This document shows, in pieces, positions 10,204 through 20,493 of a stretch of 64,000 bases of DNA. This DNA comes from an uncultured Pseudomonadota bacterium (lineage in GTDB: Bacteria; Pseudomonadota; Alphaproteobacteria; RF32; CAG-239). Numbering within the stretch: the first letter of the stretch is position 1; each line of letters opens with the position of its first letter. The position numbers were made by a program, and so were the translations under genes. The notes under the pieces are model-generated. The model saw only the letters and a program-made list of their open reading frames with translations. It was not told the origin of the DNA and made no database searches. The stretch is taken from NCBI GenBank assembly GCA_949300375.1, contig CASGEB010000002.1, positions 1,816 through 65,815 of the forward strand. Reading direction: 5' to 3'.

Positions 10204-11017
10204 AGATTCCATAATCGTCCTGCCGTGGAAAGAATGTCTGAGCCGCAGTTTTACATATGTCCTGCTCAATCTGAAAATCATATTTATGATAATTGCTTTA
10301 GGCGTTTTGCTGACGGGATATGAGGCGCTGTTTGGCACGCCTCTGTTTTGTTCTTTGACCATGGCGGAAAATTGTACGACGACGCAGGGTGCCTATATCG
10401 GTGTCGTAGCTTTGACAACGCTTTTTTCGGTTTATGTGATGACTTCCTTTTCCCGTTTTATAATTTTGAAAGACGAACCGCGCCCGTTTTCTTTTCGTTT
10501 TGGCAGCCGTGAATTGCGGGTATTGGGATATCAGTTGCTGATAGACGTTGTTCCGGGAATAATTTTTGGACAGGTTATCGGCATATTGACGGCATATGTC
10601 AATATTTATCAGGATATAATGCTCAAACATTTGCTTTTGATTGTTCTGATTGCAATTCTGGCGGCAATGATAATTCTTTCGCGCTTTAGTTTGGTTTTGA
10701 GCGGAGCCGCCGTAGAAAACCGGAATATGACTTTGAAAAAATCTTTTGAGGTTACCCGCGGAAATTCCAATAAAATCTTCTGGGGAGGCATTGTTATGAC
10801 TCTTCCGATAATCTTTCTGATGACCGCGCTGGGATTGGCAGGAAACATTGCCGGAGAAAGTCTGGCATTGCGTCTGGTCTTTTCGGCCGTCTTTCTGTTG
10901 CTGATTTTTTTGAACGTTGCCGTTAAAATGTCTTTTAACGCTCATTTATATCAGTATTTTGTTTACTTTGACAACAAGCGGACGGAAGATGCCGAGGCTC
11001 GGGCTTTGGAGGAATAA
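10196..11017 (+). CDS. Multi-pass membrane protein with architecture similar to the preceding gene
   Basis: About 6 TM helices; RFSLVL...A...LKKSFEVTRGN parallels RMLSLL...AA...WREIWRRTSGA; overlaps the upstream stop. Confidence 0.75.
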   Translation: MNKDSIIVLPWKECLSRSFTYVLLNLKIIFMIIALGVLLTGYEALFGTPLFCSLTMAENCTTTQGAYIGVVALTTLFSVYVMTSFSRFIILKDEPRPFSFRFGSRELRVLGYQLLIDVVPGIIFGQVIGILTAYVNIYQDIMLKHLLLIVLIAILAAMIILSRFSLVLSGAAVENRNMTLKKSFEVTRGNSNKIFWGGIVMTLPIIFLMTALGLAGNIAGESLALRLVFSAVFLLLIFLNVAVKMSFNAHLYQYFVYFDNKRTEDAEARALEE

Positions 11018-11148
11018 TCCGCAGCCTTTTAATCTCCCCGGAACAGTTCGCAACATCCGGGGATTTTTTTATTTCGATAATATTTCGAAGATAAACGGAC
11101 GGCGGATGTCATCAGGCATTTGAGGATTAAAGCCGGAAATTGCGGGCA

Positions 11149-11179
11149 ATAAAAAGGGAGGAATAAATCCTCCCTTTTT
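11149..11179. terminator. Bidirectional intrinsic terminator downstream of adhE
   Basis: AAAAAGGGAGGAATAAATCCTCCCTTTTT hairpin with A/T tracts on both sides. Confidence 0.75.
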
Positions 11180-11196
11180 AGCGTCCTGCGAACGGA

Positions 11197-13824
11197 TTAC
11201 GCTTTGCCGTAATAAGCGTTCAGATACATTTGCTTGATTTCCGAAATCAACGGATAAGCCGGATTGGCGCCGGTGCATTGGTCATCAAACGCCAGTTCTG
11301 ACAGTTCATCCAGATTGTCAAGAAAAGTCTTCTCATCAACGCCCCATTCTTTAATGGAAGCAGGAATGCTGATGCTCTTCTTCAGTTTTTCAACGGCCTT
11401 AATCAGGTTGGCAACTTTCTCGTCGTCGTTCTTGCCTCCCAAATTCAGGAACTCGGCCACTTTGGCATATCTTCTCTTGCCTTCCGGATAGTGATACTGT
11501 GAGAAAGTTCCTTGTTTGGTCGGCTTGTCATTGGCATTGAATTTAATGACTTCGCTGATCATCAACGCATTGGCAATACCGTGCGGAATGTTATAAGCGC
11601 TGCCGAGTTTGTGAGCCATCGAGTGGCAAACGCCGAGGAACGCCTGAGCAAACGCCATACCGGCCATTGTCGCGGCATAATGCATATTCTCGCGGGCTTT
11701 CGGGTTATTGGCGCCGTCATTGACCGAGAGTTCCAGATTGTCAAAAATCAGACGGATGGCCTCATATGCAATACCATCGGTAAACGGCGTTGCCATAATG
11801 GAGGCCAAAGCTTCCAGAGCATGGGTCAGCGCGTCAATACCGGAAGCGGCAGCCAGGCCGCGCGGCATGGTCAAAACCAAATCCGGGTCGATGATGGACA
11901 TATTCGGCGTCAGGGCATAATCGGCAATCGGATATTTGATGTGGGTATTGGAGTCCGTAATAACGGCAAACGGCGTAACTTCCGAACCGGTACCGGATGT
12001 GGTCGGAATAGCGACCATATAAGCTTTAGACCCCAGATCCGGGAACATGCAGACGCGTTTGCGAATATCCATAAAGCGCATAGCCAGATTCTCAAACTGA
12101 ACTTCCGGATGCTCATACATCAGCCAGACGATTTTAGCAGCATCCATCGGAGAACCTCCGCCGAGCGCAATAATAACGTCCGGTTCAAAGCTGCGGCACA
12201 TAACCAGAGCGCGGTTAACGGTATCGGTATCCGGATCCGGCGCAACTTCGGAGAAAATCTGATATGCAATGCCCATGTCTTCCAGAACGGAAGTAATTTT
12301 GTTGGTATAGCCGAGCTGGAACAAAGGTTTGTCAGTAATAATCAAAGCTTTCTTTTTGCCGCAGAGTTCACGCAGCGCAAAACCGACGGCGCCTTGTTTG
12401 AAGTAAATTTTCGGGGGAACTCTGAACCAGAGCATATTTTCGCGTCTTTCCGCAACATTTTTAATATTCAACAAGTGTTTTACTCCTACGTTTTCGCTGG
12501 CCGCGTTACCGCCCCAGGAACCGCAGCCCAAGGTGAGCGACGGGTCAAGGCGGAAGTTGTACAAATCGCCGATACCGCCTTGTGAAGACGGGGTGTTAAC
12601 AAGCATACGCCCGGTTTCAATAACTTCGCTGAAACGGGCAATACGGTCTTTGTTATGGTCGGCCGTATAGAGTACGGAAGTATGCCCCGGTCCGGCAAAG
12701 TTAACCAGATCGCGTGCCATAAAGACGGCCTGTTCAAAATCTTTGGCTTTGTACATAGCCAGAACAGGCGACAATTTTTCATAAGAAAATTCTTCTTCTT
12801 TGCCGATTTTCTCAACTTCGCCGATAAGGACTTTCGTTTCCTGCGGAACTTTAACGCCGGCCATTTCGGCAATCTTGTAAGCCGGCTGTCCGACGATTTT
12901 CGAGTTTAATTTGCCGTCAATGACAATTGTCTGAGCAACTTTTTCTTTTTCTTTTTTGTTCAGGATATAAGCGCCGCGGTACTGCAGCTCTTCTTTAACG
13001 GCGTCATAAATGTCTTTGTGGACGATAATGGATTGCTCGGAAGCGCAAATCATACCGTTGTCAAAGGTTTTGCTCATCAAAACGGAGCTGACGGCCATTT
13101 TAATATCGGCCGTTTCGTCAATGATGGCCGGAACGTTTCCTGCGCCGACGCCGAGAGCTGGTTTGCCGGATGAATAAGCCGATTTGACCATGCCCGGGCC
13201 GCCGGTCGCCAAAATCAGGTCAATGCCGTCATGGCTCATCAAATGCTGTGTGAGTTCAATTGTCGGATCGGTAATCCACCCGATGATATTGTCGGGCGCG
13301 CCGGCCTTAACGGCGGCTTCCAGCATCAGACGGGCTGTCTCAACCGTGCATTTCTTTGCGCGCGGGTGCGGCGAAAAGATGATGCCGTTGCGGGTCTTGA
13401 GGGCGATCATGCTTTTGAAAATGGCGGTAGACGTTGGATTGGTCGTCGGAATAACGCCGGCAATGACGCCCAGCGGCTCGGCTATTTTGGTAATGCCGTT
13501 GGTCGCATCATGCTCAATAACGCCGCAGGTTTTTGTATGACGATATTTGTTATAAACCTCTTCGGCGGCAAAATGGTTTTTAATCACCTTGTCTTCCACA
13601 ATACCCATGCCGGTTTCTTCCACGGCCATCTTTGCCAGAGGAATACGGTGGCTGTTGGCTGCAATCGCCATGGCCTCGACAATCTTGTCCACCTGTTCCT
13701 GGCTGAACGTCGCCATAATTTTCTGAGCTTCGCTGACTCTGGCAATCAAAGCATTCAAATCGTCAATGCTTTGGGCGCCGTTGTCAAACGTTCTTTCAGT
13801 ATTCGCAACAACTTCTTTTTTCAT
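11197..13824 (-). CDS. adhE: Bifunctional acetaldehyde-CoA/alcohol dehydrogenase
   Basis: PTTNPTST, ATGGPG, FDNGMICASEQ, LGCGSWGGN, GGGSPMDAAK, PTTSGTGSE, HSMAHKLG..HG. Confidence 0.97.
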   Translation of the reverse strand: MKKEVVANTERTFDNGAQSIDDLNALIARVSEAQKIMATFSQEQVDKIVEAMAIAANSHRIPLAKMAVEETGMGIVEDKVIKNHFAAEEVYNKYRHTKTCGVIEHDATNGITKIAEPLGVIAGVIPTTNPTSTAIFKSMIALKTRNGIIFSPHPRAKKCTVETARLMLEAAVKAGAPDNIIGWITDPTIELTQHLMSHDGIDLILATGGPGMVKSAYSSGKPALGVGAGNVPAIIDETADIKMAVSSVLMSKTFDNGMICASEQSIIVHKDIYDAVKEELQYRGAYILNKKEKEKVAQTIVIDGKLNSKIVGQPAYKIAEMAGVKVPQETKVLIGEVEKIGKEEEFSYEKLSPVLAMYKAKDFEQAVFMARDLVNFAGPGHTSVLYTADHNKDRIARFSEVIETGRMLVNTPSSQGGIGDLYNFRLDPSLTLGCGSWGGNAASENVGVKHLLNIKNVAERRENMLWFRVPPKIYFKQGAVGFALRELCGKKKALIITDKPLFQLGYTNKITSVLEDMGIAYQIFSEVAPDPDTDTVNRALVMCRSFEPDVIIALGGGSPMDAAKIVWLMYEHPEVQFENLAMRFMDIRKRVCMFPDLGSKAYMVAIPTTSGTGSEVTPFAVITDSNTHIKYPIADYALTPNMSIIDPDLVLTMPRGLAAASGIDALTHALEALASIMATPFTDGIAYEAIRLIFDNLELSVNDGANNPKARENMHYAATMAGMAFAQAFLGVCHSMAHKLGSAYNIPHGIANALMISEVIKFNANDKPTKQGTFSQYHYPEGKRRYAKVAEFLNLGGKNDDEKVANLIKAVEKLKKSISIPASIKEWGVDEKTFLDNLDELSELAFDDQCTGANPAYPLISEIKQMYLNAYYGKA

Positions 13825-13937
13825 GTTGCCACTACCCCTTTCGTTACTGTTAAAAACACAATTCTCTGCTATTATATAACAGAAATCTCCAAAGATTAGT
13901 TAATTTTTTTATACCTGCGGATTTATCCCGATACATT

Positions 13938-15350
13938 TTATTTCAAATTCTTACAAACCTCTTCATGGTCGCTGAAATGAAAAATCTGTCCGTTGATATA
14001 CTGCCCGGTCTCATGCCCTTTGCCGGCAATAATCAGAATATCGTCTTTTTGCAGCGCAGCCATGGCGGTTTTGATTGCCTCGGCCCGATTCCCGATATTA
14101 ATGCCGCGCGGACAGGCTGCCATAATCTGCGAACGGATTTTTTCGGCGTTTTCGGTTCTCGGATTGTCATCCGTCACATATACCACATCGGCCAGGTCAT
14201 TGGCGATTTTGCCCATAATCGGGCGTTTGCCGGCGTCTCTGTCTCCGCCGCAGCCGAACAAAACGTGCAGCTTGCCGCGGCAATGGGAACGCATGGCGCG
14301 GATAACGTTTTCCAAGGCGTCGGGCGTATGGGCATAGTCAATGTATATGGCCGCGCCGCCGGCTGTTTTTCCGGCCAGGTCAAGCCTTCCTTTGGCACCG
14401 TGAATCTGTCCGATATGCTCTAAAACTTCTCCGGGCTTTCCGGTCAGTTCAGAAGCCATGCCCAAGGCGCATAAAACGTTCATCGCCTGAAACTCTCCGG
14501 CCAGGGGAACAAATATCTCTTTCTCTTCTCCGTAAAAAACAAGCTTTAATTTTTGCCCGTCAACAGTCGGAACAGCTTGCAAAAGCTTTAATTCTTTGCC
14601 TTTGTGTCCATAAGTTACGATGCGTTTTCCGCTTTTTTCGCAAACCTTGCGCAAATGCTCAAAAACGTCAATATCGGCGTTCAAAACGGCTGTCCCGCCG
14701 GGAACAAGCACTTCCCGGAACAAAATTTCTTTGGCGGCCAGATAGTTTTCAAAAGTCTTGTGATAATCAAGATGGTCGCGGGTCAGGTTGGTGAAACCGG
14801 CCACTTTCACGTTATGAACGCCGCCTGTGCGGTATTGGCATAAGCCGTGGCTCGACATTTCCATAACCGCATAGTCATAGCCTTCTTTTTTCAAGCCGGC
14901 AAGTTCTTCGGCAATCACGGCGGCGTTCGGCGTCGTGTTGGGGGAAGGAATAGGCGCTTCGCATCCTTTAATCAGCCCGAGCGTTCCCATACTTGCCGCT
15001 TTAAGATTCATCATGGTCAGAAGCTGACGGACAAAATCGGCAATAGATGTCTTGCCGTTGGTACCGGTAACCGCCGCAATATTTTTCGGCTGCGGGCCGT
15101 AAAATTCGGCGGCTGTTTCGGCAAAAGCTTTGTTCGGATTCTCTTTTGCAATAAATTTAACGTTCGGATAAGTTTTCTCGTCAACATATTCCGGTCTGCA
15201 GATAATAACCGCCGCGCCGTTTTGCACGGCCGACGGAATATATGCCGATGCCGGGGCTTTCTCGCTGTCTTGCGCCCCGAAGAGATATCCCGGCTTAATC
15301 AGGCGGGAGTCCGTCGACAAACCTTTAATTTCGATTCCGGCAATTTTCAT
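13938..15350 (-). CDS. murE: UDP-MurNAc-Ala-Glu--DAP ligase; start at 15350 inferred
   Basis: VTGTNGKTS, TTP, EMSSH, FTNLTRDHLDYH, DYAHTPD, FGCGGDRD, DDNPR, AGKGHE. Confidence 0.95.
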   Translation of the reverse strand: MKIAGIEIKGLSTDSRLIKPGYLFGAQDSEKAPASAYIPSAVQNGAAVIICRPEYVDEKTYPNVKFIAKENPNKAFAETAAEFYGPQPKNIAAVTGTNGKTSIADFVRQLLTMMNLKAASMGTLGLIKGCEAPIPSPNTTPNAAVIAEELAGLKKEGYDYAVMEMSSHGLCQYRTGGVHNVKVAGFTNLTRDHLDYHKTFENYLAAKEILFREVLVPGGTAVLNADIDVFEHLRKVCEKSGKRIVTYGHKGKELKLLQAVPTVDGQKLKLVFYGEEKEIFVPLAGEFQAMNVLCALGMASELTGKPGEVLEHIGQIHGAKGRLDLAGKTAGGAAIYIDYAHTPDALENVIRAMRSHCRGKLHVLFGCGGDRDAGKRPIMGKIANDLADVVYVTDDNPRTENAEKIRSQIMAACPRGINIGNRAEAIKTAMAALQKDDILIIAGKGHETGQYINGQIFHFSDHEEVCKNLK

Positions 15351-15478
15351 GATTTTCTTGTCCCTTACTTCGATTCTTTTATCAAGAGTCTGAAATAAAA
15401 AAATGAAAGAAGCGTTTAAAATTTTCAAGCTTGCGAAATTATTTTTGCGTTTTATAATCAACAGAAAACGGAGGGAAA

Positions 15479-15922
15479 ATGAAAGAACAGTACAGCCCGG
15501 AAGAATTAAAAGAAATGGAAATCACATACGAGGCTTTAAACAAGTCCCGCATTCAGGAACTGATAAACTATGCCAAAGGGATGGGATACCGGCGGATTGG
15601 CATTGCCAACTGTATTTGTATGCAAAAATATATTCCGAAACTGATAAACCTGCTGTCTGCCAGCGGATTGGAGGTCTTTCACGTCAATTGCCGGGAAGGC
15701 GGGCTGGATTTGTGCGACTTTACCAAAGACCATAAAGGCTCAAGCTGCGACCCGGCGTTTCAGGCCGATTATCTTAACTCGATGAATACCGATTTAAATG
15801 TCAATGTCGGGCTTTGCCTCGGACACGGTCTGATTTTTCAAAAACATTCCAAAGCTCCCGTTACCACGCTGATTGTCAAGGATTTTGCCACCGGACATAG
15901 CCCATTGGCTAACCTTGAATAA
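15479..15922 (+). CDS. DUF1847-like Cys/His metal-binding protein
   Basis: SRIQELINYAKGMGYRRIGIANC and VGLCLGH...S.APVTTLIVKD...H.P pattern. Confidence 0.75.
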   Translation: MKEQYSPEELKEMEITYEALNKSRIQELINYAKGMGYRRIGIANCICMQKYIPKLINLLSASGLEVFHVNCREGGLDLCDFTKDHKGSSCDPAFQADYLNSMNTDLNVNVGLCLGHGLIFQKHSKAPVTTLIVKDFATGHSPLANLE

Positions 15923-15973
15923 CTTTTTTCCCTGCTTACTTATGAGAAAAAGTAATTTTGCAGGGAGAAGAAA

Positions 15974-16342
15974 ATGGATAAGAAAAAGACTGGAATATAT
16001 GTTGCCGGCGGCATTTTGCTGTTTCTGGCAGGAGTCGGTTTTTCACAAATGTTTATGTTTGCCGCTTCGGGGCGGGTTGACCCGCAGCAGATTGTCGTCG
16101 CTTTCAAAAATCCGGTTTGCACGGCGCCGACTGTCATCAACTGTCCGCATATCCGAAAACTTCCGGAAATGCGCCCGAACAGGGTACAGCCGGAAAGAGA
16201 AATGTCGCCGCTCCCGAAATGTGATTGTCCGCGCCGTCCTTGTATGGAAAGAAAATGCGGCGCCGGATTTCGAGCTTCGGTCTGGCCGGAACCGGACAAA
16301 GAAGAGCCGCTTCATCTGAAACCCCGCCGCCGCGCGGCCTGA
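15974..16342 (+). CDS. Hypothetical membrane-anchored Pro/Cys-rich protein
   Basis: GGGAGA RBS and an N-terminal hydrophobic segment. Confidence 0.55.
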   Translation: MDKKKTGIYVAGGILLFLAGVGFSQMFMFAASGRVDPQQIVVAFKNPVCTAPTVINCPHIRKLPEMRPNRVQPEREMSPLPKCDCPRRPCMERKCGAGFRASVWPEPDKEEPLHLKPRRRAA

Positions 16343-16439
16343 TTTTTAACAACAAAAGAAAACACAACGCGGCTCAGGCATTTATAAGACACAGTTAAAA
16401 CTTTACTTCTGAAATTCAATATGCTATCAAGCGGTTATT

Positions 16440-18278
16440 ATGATAGACATTAACGACATAACCGTCAGGATAGGAACAAAAACGCTGCTGGAGAACGCAT
16501 CGGCGCATATTGCCGACGGCTGGAAAGTCGGATTGGTCGGAGCCAACGGCTGTGGAAAATCAACGCTTTTCCGCGTGTTGAAAGGAGAACTGGAAACCGA
16601 ACACGGCGATATATCTTTTCCATCCGGCAGCCGGGTTGTGTTTGTTGAGCAGGAACTGTCCGGACTGGATATGCCTCTTCTCGATTTTGTTCTGGCTCAG
16701 GATAAAGAACGCGGTATGCTTTTGGCGCGTTTGGAAAATGCCGGGGCGGAAGAGGCGGCGGAAATCCATGAAAGGTTAAATATACTGGGTGCTTCGGCGG
16801 CCTCGGCCCGTGCTGCGGAAATTTTAAGCGGCCTTGGTTTTAAGCAGGAAGATTTAACACGTCCCGTAAAAGAATTTTCCGGCGGTTGGCGGATGAGGGT
16901 AGCCCTGGCCGCTGCATTATTTCAGCCGTCCGATATCTTACTGCTGGACGAGCCGACCAATCACTTGGACTTGGAGTCCGGTATCTGGCTGGAAAGCCAT
17001 TTGCGCAAATACCGCGGTACCTTGCTGCTTATCAGCCACGACCGGAATATTCTGAATTCGTTGTGCAATTATATTATTCATTTTGATAACAAACATCTGA
17101 TAACCTATGCCGGAAATTATGACGTTTTTCAAACCACCCGCGCCCTGCAGCAGCAAGTGCAGGCTCGGCAGGCAGAAAAAATTGAGCAGCGCCGCCGTCA
17201 TCTGCAGTCTTTTGTAGACCGCTTTCGGTATAAGGCAACTAAGGCCAAACAGGCGCAAAGCCGCATAAAAATGCTGGAAAAACTGGAGAAGGTTGAACTG
17301 GTGGAAGACGCCGCCGCAACGGTTTTTGATTTTCCTGAGCCGGACGAACTGCCGCCGCCGCTTTTGACGATTGAAAACGGAACCGTCGGTTATGACGGTG
17401 TTCCGGTTTTAAAAAGATTGAATTTGCAAATAGTCGATAATGACCGGATTGCTTTGCTCGGCGCCAACGGCAACGGAAAATCAACTTTGGCAAAATTGTT
17501 GTCCGGGCGGCTGCCGCTGATGGAAGGCAGCGAACGCCGGTTGGGAAAATTAAAGGTCGGTTATTTTGCCCAGCATCAGGCGGAGGAATTGCCGATGGAA
17601 CAGACGGCGCTGGAGTTTATGACAACTCTAATGCCGCAGGAACACGAAACCAAAATCCGTTCCCACCTGGCCAGATTCGGATTGGGTCAGGAAAAAGCCC
17701 TGACGCAGATTTCCCGTTTGTCCGGCGGGGAGAAAGCCCGTCTGCTTTTTGCCGCCATGACGGTTGAGCGCCCGGGATTGCTGATTTTGGACGAGCCGAC
17801 CAATCATCTTGATATTGATGGGCGCGAAGCTTTGATAAGGGCGTTAAACGAATATAAAGGTTCGGTTATTTTAATTACGCACGACATTCACCTGATTGAA
17901 CTGATTGCCGACAATTTGTGGCTGGTCAAAAATCATACCTGCAAGCCGTATGACGGGGATTTGGAAGATTATAAAAAATTGTTGTTGGAAGGCGATACGT
18001 TTAAAAAAGCGCCCAAAAACGTTGCCAAACCGGCCGAACCCAAAATTGACGCCCGCCGGTTAAAAAAAGACCTGTCCTCCCGCCTGCGCAGCATTGAACG
18101 TGAGCTTGAAAAGCTAAACAGGCAAAAAACCGAAATTGAAAACTCTTTTCAGAACCCGATGTCAACCGATGAATTGATAACCCGGCAGAAAGAGCTGTCC
18201 CGGCTGGAAAATCAGATTGCCGGATTTGAAAGCGAGTGGCTGGAAACAAGCGAGAAATTGGAAGAAATGGAAAAATAA
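16440..18278 (+). CDS. ABC-F family ATPase (YheS-like)
   Basis: Two ABC domains (GANGCGKST, FSGGWRMR, LLLDEPTNHLD; GANGNGKST, LSGGEKAR), no TM segments, C-terminal coiled coil. Confidence 0.93.
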   Translation: MIDINDITVRIGTKTLLENASAHIADGWKVGLVGANGCGKSTLFRVLKGELETEHGDISFPSGSRVVFVEQELSGLDMPLLDFVLAQDKERGMLLARLENAGAEEAAEIHERLNILGASAASARAAEILSGLGFKQEDLTRPVKEFSGGWRMRVALAAALFQPSDILLLDEPTNHLDLESGIWLESHLRKYRGTLLLISHDRNILNSLCNYIIHFDNKHLITYAGNYDVFQTTRALQQQVQARQAEKIEQRRRHLQSFVDRFRYKATKAKQAQSRIKMLEKLEKVELVEDAAATVFDFPEPDELPPPLLTIENGTVGYDGVPVLKRLNLQIVDNDRIALLGANGNGKSTLAKLLSGRLPLMEGSERRLGKLKVGYFAQHQAEELPMEQTALEFMTTLMPQEHETKIRSHLARFGLGQEKALTQISRLSGGEKARLLFAAMTVERPGLLILDEPTNHLDIDGREALIRALNEYKGSVILITHDIHLIELIADNLWLVKNHTCKPYDGDLEDYKKLLLEGDTFKKAPKNVAKPAEPKIDARRLKKDLSSRLRSIERELEKLNRQKTEIENSFQNPMSTDELITRQKELSRLENQIAGFESEWLETSEKLEEMEK

Positions 18279-18358
18279 GGCCTTAAAAAGGATTCTTGAC
18301 AAAAAAACTTTTTTTTGTATTATAAAAATCCGAAATAAATTATTAAATTTTTACGCAT

Positions 18359-19150
18359 ATGAAAGAGAAATATTATTTTGTTATTGGAGAAAAGAATATT
18401 GTAGTTGCCGAAACAATCAAGGTTTTGGAAAATTGCGGTGCTGCATTCCGGTTGCTTGAAAAACCTTATATTTTTACCCGGGATGAAGAAGAAAAACTGT
18501 TGGCGCAAGGTTTTAAGCCAGTTTACATCGGGGTTTCATACCGTTCGGATACGGCAGAATATAATCGTGTGGAAGATTCTGTCTTGTATAAGGCTTTGCA
18601 ATATGCCCAAAAAGAGTTTTCCGTCAGCGATTGGCAGTATATGGTAATGGAATACTATCTTGGCCGGTTTCATTTGGATTGGTCGTGCAATTTGCGCAAG
18701 CTGATTGCCGCCGGCAACACGAGAAAAGAAATTCTTGAACTGCAGAGAAAAAACCGCGAGGTGCTTGGTTTTGACGAAGAAGCTGAAAAATCTGCGCAGA
18801 ACGCCGTTGACGAGGCCGTTAACAGAGCCGGCAGGAGAAAAGACTTTCTGGTGGTTAAATGGAATTACCAAACCGAAAACGGCGATTTTGAAAACTGGCT
18901 TCCGATATTGGACCGGGTTTTTTGGATTCAGAACTTTGTAAATGTTTTGATAATCACGCCGTATGACGCGGCCTATTACGGTTATGGCAGTATAGCCTTT
19001 CAAATTATCTGTCATTGCAGTTTAACCGGTTGTGCCGCCGGCAATATGGCGCATTTTCTTTATCCGTTGTCCGAAGATGATATCCTGAGGACAGTATGCT
19101 TTTTAAAAGATGAAAGCACAACTCTTCGCAAAGAAGGGCTTTTATGGTAA
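18359..19150 (+). CDS. Hypothetical protein (orphan-like)
   Basis: 263-aa ORF with its own TTGACA-17-TATTAT promoter (~18296) and a downstream hairpin plus T tract. Confidence 0.7.
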   Translation: MKEKYYFVIGEKNIVVAETIKVLENCGAAFRLLEKPYIFTRDEEEKLLAQGFKPVYIGVSYRSDTAEYNRVEDSVLYKALQYAQKEFSVSDWQYMVMEYYLGRFHLDWSCNLRKLIAAGNTRKEILELQRKNREVLGFDEEAEKSAQNAVDEAVNRAGRRKDFLVVKWNYQTENGDFENWLPILDRVFWIQNFVNVLIITPYDAAYYGYGSIAFQIICHCSLTGCAAGNMAHFLYPLSEDDILRTVCFLKDESTTLRKEGLLW

Positions 19151-19263
19151 AACATTAAAAAAGGCTGTATTGAATTACGGCCTTTTTTCTTTTTGTCCTG
19201 ATTGACAAGTCTATGCGTTTGTGGCAGGTTGGGAACAATATTTATCTGGAAGGATTCTGAATA

Positions 19264-19815
19264 ATGCAGCCGGACAAAAACTCAAAATTTCTTTTGCTTT
19301 CATGTTGTGCGCCGTGTTCTTGCGCGGTTATCAAAACGCTGGCGGAACAATTTTATGATTTCAGCGTCGTGTTTTACAATCCGAACGTCCGCCCCCGTGA
19401 GGAATATTGCAAACGTTGCGAAGAAAACCGCCGGATATGCGGCCTTTATCAGATTCCCTTTATCGAATTGGAATATGATAACAACCATTGGTGCGAAATG
19501 ACCAAAGGGCTGGAAAACGAGCCGGAACGCGGAGCCAGATGCTCTGTCTGTTTTTATATGCGCTTAAAAAGGGTGATGGAATATGCCAAAGCCAATGGTT
19601 TTGCCGGGGTTGCTTCGGTCTTGGGCGTTTCGCGTTATAAAAATCTCGCTCAGGTTAATGCGGCGGCGGATAAAGCCTCGTCCGAAACCGGCGTGCCTTA
19701 TTTTGATATAGAAGGGCGCAAACACGGTATGCAGGAACTGCGCTGCCGGTTGATAAAAGAACTTGATTTGTATAATCAAAATTATTGCGGCTGCCGCCCG
19801 CGGACGGATGAATAA
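19264..19815 (+). CDS. queH: Epoxyqueuosine reductase (DUF208)
   Basis: CCAPCS, FYNPN, EPERGARCSVCF..RL, YNQNYCGC. Confidence 0.9.
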   Translation: MQPDKNSKFLLLSCCAPCSCAVIKTLAEQFYDFSVVFYNPNVRPREEYCKRCEENRRICGLYQIPFIELEYDNNHWCEMTKGLENEPERGARCSVCFYMRLKRVMEYAKANGFAGVASVLGVSRYKNLAQVNAAADKASSETGVPYFDIEGRKHGMQELRCRLIKELDLYNQNYCGCRPRTDE

Positions 19816-19850
19816 ACAAAAAAGCCTTGCTCTTTGACGGAGCAGGGCTT

Positions 19851-20378
19851 TCAAACTTTTTGCAAAAAATAATCATACGCCTCGACCAGAAATTTAAATT
19901 TTTCTTCCAGGACGGGATTGCCGGAATTCTTGTCGGGATGATACGCTTTTGCCAGCCGCCGGAAATTCTTTTTCAAATTTTCTTTATTGAGCGCCTGTCG
20001 GGACAATTCCAAAATCTGCAAATATTGCTCTTCTTTATCTGCATCTGTCGGCCTGTAAGATTCTTTGCGTCGTTCGCCGGATGCGTTATCGTCTGACGTC
20101 GGGCCGGAAGCTTTTTCCTGTTTGTAGTCATATCGGCTGTAAGTATCTTCCGTCTGATAAGTTTTTTGCTGTCTCTTTGAAAAATATTGCAAAATCTCAT
20201 GACACAAACCAAACAAAAATGCACCGATGTAAAAGATGCATTTGAACGGAAAACTCACAACCAGCCAGATAATGCGCAAAATTCCCAAAAGTATGAGAAT
20301 GCCGTGCCAGATAATAGCCAGAAGAACATATAATATAATGCAGGCAAGAACAATATAAACAATGACTCCGATATCCAT
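19851..20378 (-). CDS. Membrane-anchored J-domain protein
   Basis: N-terminal TM segments; C-terminal LKKNFRRLAKAYHPDKN...KFKFLVEAY. Confidence 0.85.
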   Translation of the reverse strand: MDIGVIVYIVLACIILYVLLAIIWHGILILLGILRIIWLVVSFPFKCIFYIGAFLFGLCHEILQYFSKRQQKTYQTEDTYSRYDYKQEKASGPTSDDNASGERRKESYRPTDADKEEQYLQILELSRQALNKENLKKNFRRLAKAYHPDKNSGNPVLEEKFKFLVEAYDYFLQKV

Positions 20379-20493
20379 ATAATAATTGCTTTATAATATG
20401 TTTTACCGGCAAAGATAATCATAGGCCGGAAAATTTGTCAATATCCAAAAAAAAACGGCAATACTCAGTATTACCGTTTTTTTGCTAATATTA

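Noticed and set aside
13938..15350. murE outside a dcw cluster as a sign of horizontal transfer
   Set aside because: Composition looks like neighbouring host genes; simple rearrangement is sufficient.
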